In this document: positions 11,270 to 24,384 of the stretch, piece after piece
Layout: the number at the start of each line of letters is the position of its first letter
How positions within the stretch are numbered: the stretch's first letter is position 1
Assembly: GCF_009834535.1 (NCBI RefSeq)
Contig: NC_045704.1
Coordinates: forward strand, 12,648,001-12,712,000
Source of the DNA: Camelus ferus
Taxonomy: Eukaryota
Length of the DNA stretch: 64,000 nucleotides
Reading direction: 5' to 3'
Position numbers and translations under genes: made by a program
Notes under the pieces: model-generated
Told to the model about the DNA's origin: nothing
What the model saw: only the letters and a program-made list of their open reading frames with translations
Database searches by the model: none

Positions 11270-11935
11270 AATACTCTGTAATTCACATCCATTTATGAAA
11301 GTGTATAATTCAGTGGTTTTTCAAATATTCAGAGTTGTGCACCCATCACCACCATCTACTTTTGGATCATTTTCATCACTCCCATGCTTATTAGCAGTTA
11401 CTTCCCATTCCCCCATCCCTAGGCAACCACTAATCTGCTTTCTTTCTCTGTAGATTTTCCTATCTTGGACATTTCATATGAATGGAATCATACAATAGGT
11501 GGTTCCCTTGTGTCTAGTTTTCTGGGTTCNNNNNNNNNNNNNNNNNNNNNNNNNNNNNNNNNNNNNNNNNNNNNNNNNNNNNNNNNNNNNNNNNNNNNNN
11601 NNNNNNNNNNNNNNNNNNNNNNNNNNNNNNNNNNNNNNNNNNNNNNNNNNNNNNNNNNNNNNNNNNNNNNNNNNNNNTAGTTTTGTACGGACATACGTTT
11701 TCATTTCTCTTGGGAAACCTGGGAGTGGAATTGCTGGATCATAAGATAACTATGTTTAATCTTTTGAGGAGCTGCTAGACTGTTTTCCAAAGCAGCTGCA
11801 CCATCTTACATTCCCGCTAGTGATGAGTGAGAGTTCAAGTTCTCCACATCCTCACTAACACTTGATATTGTCCAGCTTTTTTATTATTGTCATCCTAGTG
11901 GCACCAGTGAACTGGTATCTCATTGTGGTTTTGTC
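11270..11935 (-). mobile_element. L1 (L1MB-like) 3' region spanning an assembly gap
   Basis: TTCAGTGGTTTTT...GGCAACCACTAATCTGCTTTCT...ATTGCTGGATCATA...CATTCCCGCTAG. Confidence 0.8.
11530..11677. other. Assembly gap (148 N)
   Basis: Run of N. Confidence 1.
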
Positions 11936-12394
11936 TTTGGCATCTTGTGGTTTTAACACAGAGCCTTTAACACTGCCTCAAGGAAGCAGGCTCTTGCCCA
12001 TCTGAGCTTTTGCCTGAAATGAGCCCTTGATCTAACTCCTTCCTCCCTTAACTCTTCCACATCCTTCAGAACAGGCTTAAACATCCATTCCTTCTCTAGG
12101 AAGGTGTCCTCGACACTCCCTTGGACTTCCTATAGGTTCTAACCAAAGCTCTTTCGTGGTGTCTACCATATTGTCCAATACTTTTATCTGTTACCCTGAA
12201 TAAACTCTGAATGATTTGAGGGCAGGGACCTTATCTTATCCTGACTTTGACATCTATGTTGACATTGGGCAAGTTACTTAACTCTAAAAGGGCGATGCTA
12301 ATGGTACCTACCCTGTGGTAGGAGGAGTGAGAGCTCACCGATTAGTACTTGAAAAGCGCTTAGGATAGTACCTGGCACAAAGCAACTCCTGAAT

Positions 12395-12830
12395 CCGTTT
12401 ATTCCATTGACAAGCAGTCACTGAGTGCCCGCCATGGCCAGCAACTGTTACAGACACTGGGGATATGGCAGTGGAAGTCATGGGCAAAAATCCTGTTCCT
12501 CATGGAGCTGGCGTTCTGATGGGGAGACAGACAACAAACAAGATCCATAAATTGAGTGGATTATATTTCAGATGGTACTCGGTCCTAAGGATAACCAAGG
12601 AAGACCTCCCTGAGTCGGTAACATTTTAGCAAAGACCTGAAATAAGGAAAGGAGGGAAGGGAGTGTGCCAGAGTGCCATCTGAGTAAGATTGTTCCATGG
12701 AGAGGAATCAGCAAGTGCAAAGGCCCTGAGGCAGGAGTGCTTTGGGCATGTGTGTAGAACAGCGAGAAGGTCAGTGAGACTGTGGTGGGATGACGGAGGC
12801 AAAGAGTGGTTAGAGATGGGGGCACCTTTT
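12395..12830 (-). mobile_element. L2 LINE fragment
   Basis: TTTATTCCATTGACAAGC...CCTCATGGAGCTGGCGTTCTGATGGGG...AGCAAGTGCAAAGGCCCTGAGG. Confidence 0.65.
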
Positions 12831-13149
12831 GCCTCTTGGGAATAGTGCTGCTGTGAACATTTCTGTACAGATTTTTGCTTGAACTCCTGTTTTCAATTCT
12901 GGTAGATTTTCTTTTATCACATTTGTAACTCAGGGTTTTTAAGGGTGTTGCCCATGCCATATTGTCTTTGTTTGCCCAGCACAAGGCCTGTCCTGTCCTG
13001 AGTCTCAGTGGATGTTTGTTGACTGAATGAATGAGGAATATTTGTGAATTACCCAACACATGCAGAACACAGTGGTGCCAAATGGTTAGTGCTTTTATCA
13101 TTATTTTTAAATAAGTGCAGTTGGAACTTGGCAGGATTGGCAGGATTTT

Positions 13150-13560
13150 CCTAATCTCAGGTGCTGGCAGATTGTAGGGAAATGGTTGTCTCAGGCATTG
13201 CCAGTCAGAATAAAAATAGGTACAGGCTGGTTGGAGGGCAGTCTGGTTGTCCCTAGTAAAGCCAAAATTCGGGTATCCATGGCCAGCAATTCTGCTTCTG
13301 GGGATCTGTCCTGGAAATGTGTCTGCGCCTGCTCCCAAGAAAGCACGAGTGTGCATGCTTGTTGCAGTATTATTTATAGTAAAGAAAAATCGGAAGCTTC
13401 CCAGATGTCCGTCGGTAGATGGATGTGGTTTAGTCACTCTGTGGACTGATATACAGCAGCCAGAAGAAGTGAAAAATGTTGAGAAAACTCTGCAAACTGT
13501 GGAGTGACACATGCAGTGTGTACCCTGTGTAGCAGAGAAAACCAGGAGTGAGATCACTTC
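13150..13560 (+). mobile_element. Old L1 (L1ME-like) fragment
   Basis: CCAGCAATTCTGCTTCTGGG...GCAGTATTATTTATAGTAAAGAAAAATCGGAAG...AGATGTCC. Confidence 0.6.
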
Positions 13561-16500
13561 CTCTGGCTGTTCACAGCACACACGAGTTCACAGACAGAAG
13601 ATACACCGCAGCTTGTGACGGGTTGCCTCACAGGCACGGGGACCAGGGTGGAGGATGGTGATCAGAGGAATCTTCACTTTGTCAGCGATGCTCAGAACAG
13701 TATTTTAGAGAAAGGACTGGTGTATTGATTGTGTAGTTTAAATTTCAGTGTTAAAAATGCGGGTAGGTAGAGAAGGAAAATATTTTTCAGTACAAGAGAA
13801 AGGAACAAAATAGTTCTTGACCAAAAGGTAGGAGGCCCAGAGCCAGAGTATGCCTCAGATATCATCCAATCTTTTTCTTTTATATTAAGAGTAGTCGTTC
13901 TAGAATCTTCCATAGAGACTACACTTCTGGTTGTTTCCTGACTTCTTTTCCATGAGCAGCTAATTTCCCATGGGGGAAATTGCTGTTTGTCCCGCCACCT
14001 GAGCTCCTCCAGGTGCAAGTTTGGGCCTCAGGGAGGAGGAGGGGGTGTAATTGCTCATTACCCGTGAAGTTACTTCTTGGGGTAGAGAGTTTCCAAGGGA
14101 AGGAGAGAAGAAGAGAGATGGATGGGTGAGAACCTGTGAGCCCAGGAAGCAGGTAGGTACCATTTGAGGCAGTGCCCCTTTGAAAGCGTTTCATCTGTCC
14201 AGTGAGGATAACAAGCCAGCTGAAATGACCTCGAAGAGACAGTGAAAAACAGTGCAGAACGGTGTGTGCGACACGCAGTCTTTTGTGTACAGCGGGGGAG
14301 CGTGCAAGCGTCATTTGCTTACATGCACCAAAAATCTCTGGAAAGAGGCACGAGGAACCTAAAACCTTGTCTCCAGGGAAGAGAGGTGGCTGGGGAGGTT
14401 GGGGGCACCACAGAGACCACAGTGTTCCCTTTGGTACCTTGTGAACCTAGAACCATGTGAACAAACTACCATGTTTCACTACCATGAAACAAACCAGGTG
14501 CAGAAATTATCTACAAAAAGAATTTAATTTTCGTTTTAAAAAATACCCAGCAGTATGTTATTGGGTGGATTGGGAAATGGAACATGACATGCCTCCTGGG
14601 CAGCTGGCTGGCATACAGGGACACTTAGGGACCTGTTCATGGCACCAGGGCCTGGTCTGGCAGCAGGATGGGCAGAGGGGCTTTCCACAGCCCTTCCCCC
14701 TAGGGAGCAGACAGACAGACAGACAGACACACCTCCTGTTTGTCCAAGCAGGTCTCTAATGCTTGACGCAGGTTCATTCTGCCTGGGAGGGTGAGAGACC
14801 TTTGGTGTGCCCGTCCTTGGGGAGGAGCAGGCCGGAGGAAATTTGGACCAGAGTCCTAGGCAGCTTAAGGAGTTGAGAGAGGACAGTTGAAAACTGCGTC
14901 TCCCTGATCTCTGTCCCACCTCCCTTCTGGGGACGCCTTGTGCCCTGGAAGAGAGGCAGCCTTTAGATGGAGGGGCGAGCCGAGGCTTCTGTGCTGCAGA
15001 CCGGCTTAGAAAAGCACCTCTGCGCCTCTCTGAGGCTCCATTCCTGCAACTGGGATACCATATCCACCAGGCAGGTGCTTGTGTACGAGCAGGACAGAGT
15101 AACTCAGGTCACCACCAGCTCCTGCCAGACGACTGCAAGGGTCTTGCCCCATTCCAGCCCCCAGCCACCTGGGTGAGTCTTTCCAAACATAAATCAGATC
15201 CTGACACATTGGGAACCCTCCCGTGGCTTCATAGGGATCTGGCCACACTGGCCTCCCTGCCCTGGAACCCGCTGAGCGCACTCCTGCCTCGACCTTTGTG
15301 CTGCTGCCTCTTGGGCCTGGATCAGCCAAGACGCTGCTGAGGTCTAGTAACCAAGCTGCTAATCACTGATCAGTTGATTGCATTCTGGAAGGGCAGGCTC
15401 TCTGGACTCATCTGTTCCCTGAGATTTAAAGGGATTTTCTTTGACCCAAGGGAGAGAAGAGGGGCACAATTCAAGAGAGACGTAAGAAGCGAGAGTTGGT
15501 GGGCTTGGGCCTGACGTATTGGTGAGACAACCCAATGGAGATGACGGTGGGGGCGGGGGGGACAGAAGAGGGCCAGGGAGTCCTTGCACTAACACAGCAA
15601 ACGTACCAGCTGGGCCTGGCGTTTGAGCCTCAGCGGGCATCAGATTTCCCCAGGCTGGGCTGATGACCACGAGAGGCAGTGGTACCCTAGGTCTCTGATT
15701 TTCCCCCTTTTTCTCTCCCATCTCTGCCCCCCTCCTCTGGTCTCTCTGAGCCATGGTCACACTTCTTCTAAGCGTTAAATAGCCAATTCCATGGGGAAAG
15801 GGTAGTTGACAGCTCCTGTCCTGCCTGGGTGTTGTCTGGGCTCGGCTGTGCCAGCAGCGCCACCAGGTGTCGTAGGTAGGTAGCAGGAGCATTTGCTCCT
15901 GTCTCTTCCCAGAATTTGTGTTAATAAGTTAACATTTCCTGGTCCCCGAGGATGCACCAGGAACCGTGCTAAGTGCTTAATGTGAATCAGACCATTTCAT
16001 CTTCACAGAGACTGAATCAGCCCCTTTTTTCAGTTGAGGAAACTGAGGCACAGGCTATGAGCCTAGAACTAAGATCCAGAGCTAGGAGTAGAGGAGCAGG
16101 CACTCAGGCGACGGGCTACAACGCCTGCTTCTCATTGCTGGGCTGTATCTTGGCAGCTGACTGACAGAAAAGGACGGGCAAAGGCTTCTGTCTGCAGAGC
16201 CCTCAGAAGTCCATGGTCTGGACTTCTAATGACAGCTACCGATGGGCCCACTCCCGACCCATCAGTGGACTAGACAGACGTGGGTCACATTCCTGGGCCA
16301 TTTCTGGGAGCCCTGGGAAACAGTCCTTTGGCAGCCTCATTGCTGTCCCAAATGAAAGCGAGTTTCTATTATGAAGGAAGGGTGTGGATCTGGGGGTTGG
16401 CAGCTGGCTTGGCCCTGGGGGATGAGCCTCGTTGTGGGAGGGTCACTCAGGCTTCTGCGGTGAGATGATCGGCTGCAGTTGGGTCAGGAGGGGAAACAGG

Positions 16501-17336
16501 GTCACGGCTTTGTCTCCACTAAGTGGACTAGCTGGCAGTCTGCCTCTGTGAGCCAGCCCTCCACCACATTCCCCACAGCCTGCTCCTGCTGCCACCATGC
16601 AGAAGCTGGCCTGTACGTGTATCACTCCCTTGGCTCCTTGTCTGCCCAGAGGAGCCCACTCCTCTTAAGACTTAATTCTGACATCTCCCCCTCCCCTGCC
16701 CCAGAAAGAGCTGGATTCCCTTCCTGGGACTAATTTTCACTGCTGTGTGAATTGGAGAAGTCACGCCACCTCTCTGAGCCCATTTCCCATACAGGAGGTG
16801 TTCAGTGTGCTGCTACCCAGTGCCCCTGGCCCAATACCACTTACGCAGGCAGCACTCAGTAAATGGTAGTTATTATTCTCTGTCTGTTGGTCAGTCACAT
16901 TTATTGAGCACCCGCTGCATGCCAGGCACTGCTCTAGGTGCTGGGGATACAGCTGTGAACAAAACAGGGAAATCTTGCTCTGTGGGTTTGACACCATCAC
17001 CACCACAAGCCCTCCTTGGTGTTCCAGGCCACCCTGTCCCTCCTCTCTGTCGTAGATGGCCTGTTGTTGCTGGGTGTCCCACACATCCACGCCCCGCTGA
17101 GGTTGCCCCAGTGGTGGAGGCTGCCCAGATCTTCAGAATCAAAGCTTACTGTTCTTTCCCCTCTAACCCCACAGTTGCAGTACCCCGTGCCCTTGGCCCT
17201 GATGCACAGAGCCGGGCCTGCCCTGGCCCATCACCCCTCACTCCAGCCCCTTTCTCAACCCCAGCTCCAGGGTGTGTTTCCATCCATTTGTCTATATTTA
17301 GTTCTGTCCCATTCTTTTTCTCCCCCACCCTGTATT

Positions 17337-17770
17337 AACTTCCTATTTCTGTTGTAACAAGTTGCCACAAGCTTACTGGCTTAAAACATCAGAAATATTT
17401 CTTTCACAATTCTGGAGGTCAGAAGTCTGAAATGCACGTGCAGGGCTGGGTTTCTTCAGGAGAACCTGGGTTCTGCCTTTTCCAGCTCCTAGGGTCCACC
17501 TGCATCCCTTGGCTCATGGCCCCTCCCTCCATCTTCAGAGCAGCGGTGTAGCCATGTGTCTCTGGCTCCTCTCCTGCCTGCCTATTTCACTTGAGCCCTC
17601 ATGATTACATTTAAAGCCCACGTGGGTAGTCCAGGATCATCTTCCCATCCTGGGATACTTAATTTAATCACAGCTGTGAGGTCCCTTTCTGCTGTGTGAG
17701 GCCATGTATGCACAGGTTCTGGGATGAGAGTGTGGGGGGCTCTGGGGGCTGTTACTCTGTCTGTCGCACA
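17337..17770. mobile_element. MLT1 LTR
   Basis: GTTGTAACAAGTTGCCACAA...TTCTGGAGGTCAGAAGTCTGAAAT...CCTTTTCCAGCTCCTAG. Confidence 0.75.
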
Positions 17771-19234
17771 CAGCTCCCCCATACCATATCCTTCTTAATC
17801 TTTTTTTTTCCTTCTTGATCCAAGGCTGAGGTCCCCCCATGTTCATTCCCAGAAAATGCCCATGTTCCAGATACGTAAGGGCAGGGGCTAGGACAGGGTG
17901 GGTGGGAGAGTCCCGGGGCTCGAGGACAGTGCTGTCTGCCCCTCAGCCTGCTGTCGTGGTCCCACCCCAGGGCTTTGTTCTGGCTCCTCCCTCTGGCTGC
18001 CTGGTTAGTCCCCTCCCCCTGCACCGGCGCCCCCACTTCCCCACTTCTTCCCCTGCACCACTCAGTATTTTCTCCAGGACATTGAGCCTCTCCTGACACT
18101 CCATATAATTTCCCCGTGGTATCTGCTGTTCACCTGTCTCCCCTGCTGGAATGTGAGTGCCACAGGGGCAGAGGCTCCTGTCTCGTCCACAGTCATGTTT
18201 CCAGGGCCTTAAATAGTGTCTGCACGTAGCAGGTGCTCAGAAATACCTGTCATATGAATGAGCGTGGACTGCAAAGGATTCATGTGCTTTCTGTGACCCC
18301 CCCCCCCCACCTCGGAGGACAGGCCTTTTTTCCTCTCTGTGTTGTCATCACTATACGCAGGGTAGGGCTGAGTAAATGTAGAGTGAATAACAGATAAAGT
18401 TAGGGTTTGGAGTGGCTAAAGAACGAAAGGTGGAGGTGAGGTTACTGGACCTGAATGGAGGAGCAGGCGACAGTGGAGAACTGTGATCCTTGCAGCCGGG
18501 AATGGGGTGTGTGTGGAGGTGGGAGTCCCAGACTTCCCTGTGCTGGGTAGGCAGCCAAGTGTGGTTTGGAACACAAGGGCAAATGCAGGGTTGGTGGCTC
18601 TGCCAGTAACTCCCTTGATGACCTCGAGGCAGCCACTTTTCCCTCCAGGGCTTGGATCCCATGTGGGCGAACAACGCTGGCCGCAGCTGTGGCTGCCCAG
18701 CCCCAAGCATCTGGCCCAAGCACGCCCTCCACTTTTTCCAGGAAAAGCACCATTTCTCCAGTTTTCGTACCTCCCTGCTTTCCCACAAGCACCGTCAGCT
18801 TCTCTTTTAGGAAAGCTTACCCCATTGGTAAAAGTGGAAGAGCCCTCACAGAGGGCAGAGGGTTGGTTTTGGGGGTTTTCCCCCCAGAGCTCACAATAGT
18901 GTGTATTTGTTCAGCCACATTTGTGAGAAATTCCCAAAGTTCTGGTTGTCGATGGCTTTGTTAACCAAGACAGATCCTGCAGAACCATCACTGTGTTTCA
19001 TTTGGGGGCAGATTTATGCATTTCCCAACTTGGGGTTTTCTCCTGTCTGTCCCCAGAGTCCTGGCTCAGGCCCAGCCTCCTCCCAGCCACCTGACTAGCC
19101 TCTGCCCCTCCAGTCCATCCTGGCTGTGTTAGTCCTCTCCAGACTTAAAGTCCCTCCATGGCACCCTCAAAATAAAGTCTGAGCCATTATCGTGGCATTT
19201 GTGGCTCCACCAGCTTCTCCCATTGCATCATGGG

Positions 19235-19760
19235 ATATCCAGTCAGGGGTCCCCAAGACCACCCTCAGGTTCCATGATTTGCTAGGAAGACAAGTCAGCA
19301 AAGCTGTTAAAGTCATAGCTATAGTTTATCACAGCAAAAACAAACAAACAAAACATGAGCAAAGGGAAAAGGTATACAGGGCAGAGTCCAGGAGAGACCA
19401 GGTGGAAACTTCCAGTTGTCCTCTCCCAGTGGGGTCGCACAGACAGTGCTTAATCCTCCAACAGCAAGGTGAGCGCTCAGGCAGAAGGTGGCCATCAGGG
19501 AAGTCTTGCCGTCCAGAGTATTTTAGCGTCAGTCACACAGGCTCAGAGCACCAGTGTCACTGACCTTTGCTACTTAGTCTCCAGCCCCCACCCTGCTCAC
19601 CCCCAGGTCAAGCTGATACCATGTGGCCCAGGGTCCACCTTAAAGACACTCTCTCGGGCAGGATTCTCCACGGGATTAGAGGTTCTCTCCCAGGGCAAGG
19701 CAAGGGCCAGTCCTTTGGAATGTGCGGGGTTTGGACCACCCAGGTGTGCATTTCAGCCCT
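19235..19760. mobile_element. MER21-like ERVL LTR
   Basis: GTCAGGGGTCCCCAAGACCACCCTCAGGTT...AAAGACACTCT...GGAATGTGCGGGGTTTGGAC. Confidence 0.7.
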
Positions 19761-21120
19761 TCTCTACACACAGTCCTCCGGCCACACCAGGTCACTCAGG
19801 ATCCCAGAGGCGCATCTCTCTGCCTTCACCCAGGCCTCTTCTCCCTGTCTCCTGGCTGACCCCATGTCCTTCAACACTTGGCTCAGGCAACTGCTCCCTG
19901 GAACCTGGGCTGGGATAAGAGCCCTGTCCCTGCTCCCACAACCTATGACCCAGCCCTGTCTCTGCCTACAGCCCCATACTGAAACTGGTGTCTGCTGTGT
20001 CTCTAGCTGCCTTGAAGGCAGGGGCCATGGCTTAGGTAACCTCTCTGGGCCTCACGCTCCTCATTTGTCAAATGGACTTGCTTTCAGGAATGAGAGCAGT
20101 GATAACCAGGACAGGCTGGATCAGTACGCGTTCACTGTTAGTAGTAGATCCCTGGCATCCGAGGTGTTGGAAAGAGATGAGGCATTTAATAAATAGTGAA
20201 CCCAGTGACCCATTAAACCGGACAAGCCCCAACGGAAGATTGTTTTTCTTGTGGTTTCTTAATAGTATAAAAAGCAAAGAACGTTTTATAAATACTCTTC
20301 TGGAAAATTTTAGCTGCAGCTTATTAGTAGCAGACGCTCTCTTGGGTGCAGCCTTGAGAACTGAGACACGTAGGTGTATCTGTTCGGACACTTCTGGCCA
20401 CTGGTGACAGCAGACCCAGCTCAAGGTGGCTGCAGCGAGGAGGGGTGTTCTTGAGCGAGAAGGAGTCTAGGGCGGGGCGGGGTGCCGGTGGTACCTAGGG
20501 CTCAGATGCTTGACGTGATTAGAGTGAAGAGACAGTCCTCAGATGCCCCTGGAAGAGCTCTATAAAAATGCCAAGGCCAGGATCCTGCTTCTAAAGAGAC
20601 TGGCGTCTGCGGTCTGAGCAGCATACATTTTGCTGAGTTGGAGCAGCCAGTTGAGATCTGCTGGCATAGACCAGGCCCCCTTGTCAGCTTCCTGGAAGCA
20701 CGTGGCCATTGTGGAGGAGACCCAGCAAAAATGGGTCTGCGAGGAAGGCAGAGGGTATGGTGGAAGGTGGGGAGGGGCCGCTTCAGTAGGTTTTTCTCTG
20801 ACTCAGGCCAGGAGAGGATTCCCAGAACACTTTGAAAAATCAAGACGGCCAGAAGAGGGCGAGGGAAGAGCAACAGGACTCGTGGGTGTCTTCTCTGGGC
20901 CAGGCAGGTGGCCCCTCAGTCGTGGCATTGTGTATTCTTCACCATGCCAGGGGGGTGTCCTTCTCATCACAGGTGGGGAAACTGAGGCAGAGAGCAGTTC
21001 AGGAGTGACCTGCCCCAGGGCCCACCGCTAGTAAATGGCAGGAGCAGAGTTCAAGCCCAGGTCTTTTCTTTATATCTGCAAACCAACTTTGTGCCTGAAA
21101 ACAGTCTTGCAGCTGTTTTT

Positions 21121-21238
21121 TGTTCTTTTGGTAGGGAGGGTGGTAATTAGGTTTTTATTTATTTTAAAGCTGGGGATTGAACCCAGGACCTTGTGCATGC
21201 TAGGCACACGCTCTACCACTGAGCCATACCCTCCCCTG
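21121..21238 (-). mobile_element. tRNA-derived SINE, Vic-1-like
   Basis: A/B-box head, CCTAATTACC tail motif; perfect 14-bp TSD TTGCAGCTGTTTTT at 21107 and 21239. Confidence 0.9.
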
Positions 21239-21894
21239 TTGCAGCTGTTTTTAGATGAAAGGAAAATAAGAATCTGAGGGTGTTGGATGGAAACGGGTAC
21301 AGAAGGGCGGCCATGCCCCCACAGCAGGGCTGCTTGCCCTGTGACAGGGGACCCATTTGATGGAGTGGAAATGAAGAGGGATCTGCAGTGCAAAGGCAGG
21401 GGTCTAGGGCTCACTGTTGTGGAGGGGTTGCAGGTTGCTTCAGGCTGAGCCTCCCTTCCCCTATCTGTGTGCCAGGGCCACTGACCCACCTTCTGCATAG
21501 GACGGCTGTGAAGCTGGCCAAGGAGAGTGTACAGAGCTCGGTGCTGGGCACACAGAGCTGCCAGGGCCGGGGTTAGCGGCCTGAAACTACCCTGGTCTCT
21601 ATGCAGGAATCAGCACTTCTCACCTTGCAGCCCGGGGACCCGCTGAGCAGTGGCAGCCAACAGTGAATTCCTTTTAAACTTGAGGTCAGCCACAACCCCA
21701 GGTCTTTTCCACGAGAACTTCACAGCTGGGTTCACGGCCCCTCCCGGGCCCCCTTCTCTTCTTTCCTCACCAGGCTCTCCCTCCCCAGAGTGACGGTGTA
21801 GCACTGCCTGCCAGCACCTGACCCAGCGCTGGCACTGTCCTGACGGGGGAAGCGGAGTCTCTCCTCATCTGTCAGACACTTTCTACCCCCAGCT

Positions 21895-22345
21895 GTTTGT
21901 TTCCTGTGTCTGCGCTAACAAATTATTATAGACTTGGTGGCTTGAAACAATGCAGATTTATTCTCTTGCAGTTAAGGAGATCAGAGTCCAGAATCAGTCT
22001 CACTGGGCTGAAATCAAGGGGTCAGCAGGGCTGGTTCCTTCTGGAGACTCCGTTTCCTGGCCTTTTCCAGCTGTTAGAAGCACCTGTGTTCTTTGGCTCA
22101 TGGCCCCTTCCTCTGTCTCCAAGCTCAAAGTGCATCACTCTAGTCTCCGCTTCCAGCTTCTGTGGTCCCTTCTCTATTCCAGCCTCCCTCTGCCTCCGTT
22201 TTATAAAGACATATGTGATGACTGGACCCACAGTTTGTCCTGTATTGTCTCCCCATCTCGAGATCTTTAATCATTCCCTCTGCCATGTATGGTGACACAC
22301 TCTCAGGTTCCAGGGAGTGGGATGTGAGCATCTTGGGAGGACCAC
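21895..22345. mobile_element. MLT1 LTR
   Basis: GACTTGGTGGCTTGAAACAA...GAAATCAAGGGGTCAGCAGGGCTGGTTCCTTCTGGAG. Confidence 0.75.
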
Positions 22346-24384
22346 ATGTTTGGTATGTCCTCCCACATCAACTCCACAGGAAACCATTTAAGGCTCCCGC
22401 CACCTGCAGAGGAAGCCTGAGCTCTTCAGACGCTACTCGGGGCCTGGTGTGGTGTTACTTCCACAGGCTGGTGCCCCTGCTGCCTTCATCCCAGCCTGCG
22501 GTGCCAGCCCCATCCACGCCTACGTCACCATTGAGGCAAGACAAGGTCTGATTGAGAGCCAGCCTAGGAGAGGCTTGTGTAATTCAGTAAGTCCATCTGT
22601 CCCACTCGGATTATGATTTGAAAACCTGGCTGCACAAGTTCACTGGTTCTTCAGAGTGAATTTACACCCTGTAATTCAGGTCTTTTTAAGAAACCAAGCT
22701 TATCAATTATGTCTCTTTATTATACAGAAAGAATGGACGTTTGGAAACTACTGCGAATTAGGAAGGAGACCATCCACGTGTAGTCCCAACACCCAGAGAC
22801 AGCCCCTGTGTGCTCTCAGTGTGTTTCTTTCCCAACCCACTTTGTTCAGAGTTGTTCTGTTTTTCCACAACTGAAATCACACTGCAGTAGTGAATATCCA
22901 TTCTGTTCCCCTTTGTTGTCATTTCCTGAGTTTCTTGTGTGTAGTTAGAGGCTGTATCGGTGGATATAATGCAGATCTTCCCTTCTATTTGATACCTAAG
23001 GGACCCCCTAGTTGGGTGTATGGAAATGCGCTGTCATCCGGTGCCCACGCTGCGTAAGGAGGTTCGTGGATTGGGTCAGTGGGTGCAGGCCCACGGCCTG
23101 GGGTCAGCTCCTAGTAAGTCACCGCAGCTCTCTGAGCCCCAGTTTCCTCATCTCAGGTGGGGACGAGATCCTGCCTCCAGGTGGTAGTGGGAATTCTCAT
23201 CTGAGCAGCCCACACTGCTCCCAAGCCCTCTCGCTGGTCAGTGCTCAGTGTGCTACCATTTCCCTAGAAATGCCTCTACCCACATGCCGTCTGGCCCTTT
23301 CCTCTCCAAGTCACCTTTGACTTTCCAGCTAACAGATGGCTTTGCTCCAGGATTTTTCAGCTAGAAATTAACAAAATCCAGTCAGCTTAAACTCACTGAG
23401 GATGGGCTGGCTCACGGAACTTCTGATGAAGATGAAGTGAGCCTGGTGGGCAAGACTGGCTTCTGGGGTCTCTCTCTCTCTCTCCCCCCTGCCCCTTTCC
23501 TCTCCCTCCAACTCTCTCTCTCTGATGGCAGCTCACTGTCTCCTGCTGCAGGGGCTGAGAAGATGGGGGGTGCCCAGGTGTCCACCCTCTGCCCTGCACC
23601 TGCAGGCAAAGGAGGCCGCCTGCCTCTGAGCACCTGGAGAGAAACCCTGGGGAAGGTCTTTGTTGGCTGACTCATACCTTGATGTCCCCTTGAACAGTCA
23701 CTGCGGCCTGGGCGCCAAGCAGTGGGTCTCATACCCACCCCTGAGTTAGAAGGAGGGTGGGAGGATGCGCTAACATGCCCTCCAGCCTCCTGAATGCTGC
23801 AGGGTGTGCGCGGAGATGGCCTTTTGCTCCAAGGGCCCGTCTCTCTGTAGGGTCCAGAAGGACACTCGGGGTGGCACTCAGCTGAATTAGTCTACACTGC
23901 CCCCAACCCACTTTCGGTCAGCAGGGAAACCTGGGGAGCAGGTCCTGAAGGTATTTATCCACTTCTAGTGCCGCTTGCCAGAAGCGCCTTGACTCTGACT
24001 CCTTGGGCTGAGGCTGCCTCAGGTGTCTGCTCTTTAGCCCCGTCCTCAGCAGTGGGGGCTCCCTTGGGTGCTGACCTTGGCTGTGGCCGGCCCAAGGCAA
24101 CCTAGCTCCTAGTGCTTGACCCCTGGGGCAGGGGCTGTGCGTCCCGATCCTTCTTTCTGAGCTTAGCAGGCCGGGTTAGGTTCTGCTGCGGGAAGAGGAA
24201 GGGGGGCCGTTTGTTGTCATTATCAGCCCTGCAGACCAAGCTCCATCGTGCCGCTGAGGCTGCCTTTCCAAAACTGCCATCTGATCATGTTACTTCCTTT
24301 GCTTTAAAAATCTTTCCAAGGTTGCAGACGCCAGTGGATTTGCTTTGGGAGCCGGAGTAGCTGCCGCCACCAGAGTCTGGAGCC

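Noticed and set aside
12568-13581. 337-aa minus-strand ORF
   Set aside because: It runs across antisense L1 and L2 fragments, with no recognisable domain or splice support.
19567-20196. 209-aa ORF
   Set aside because: It starts inside a MER21-like LTR and resembles no protein I know.
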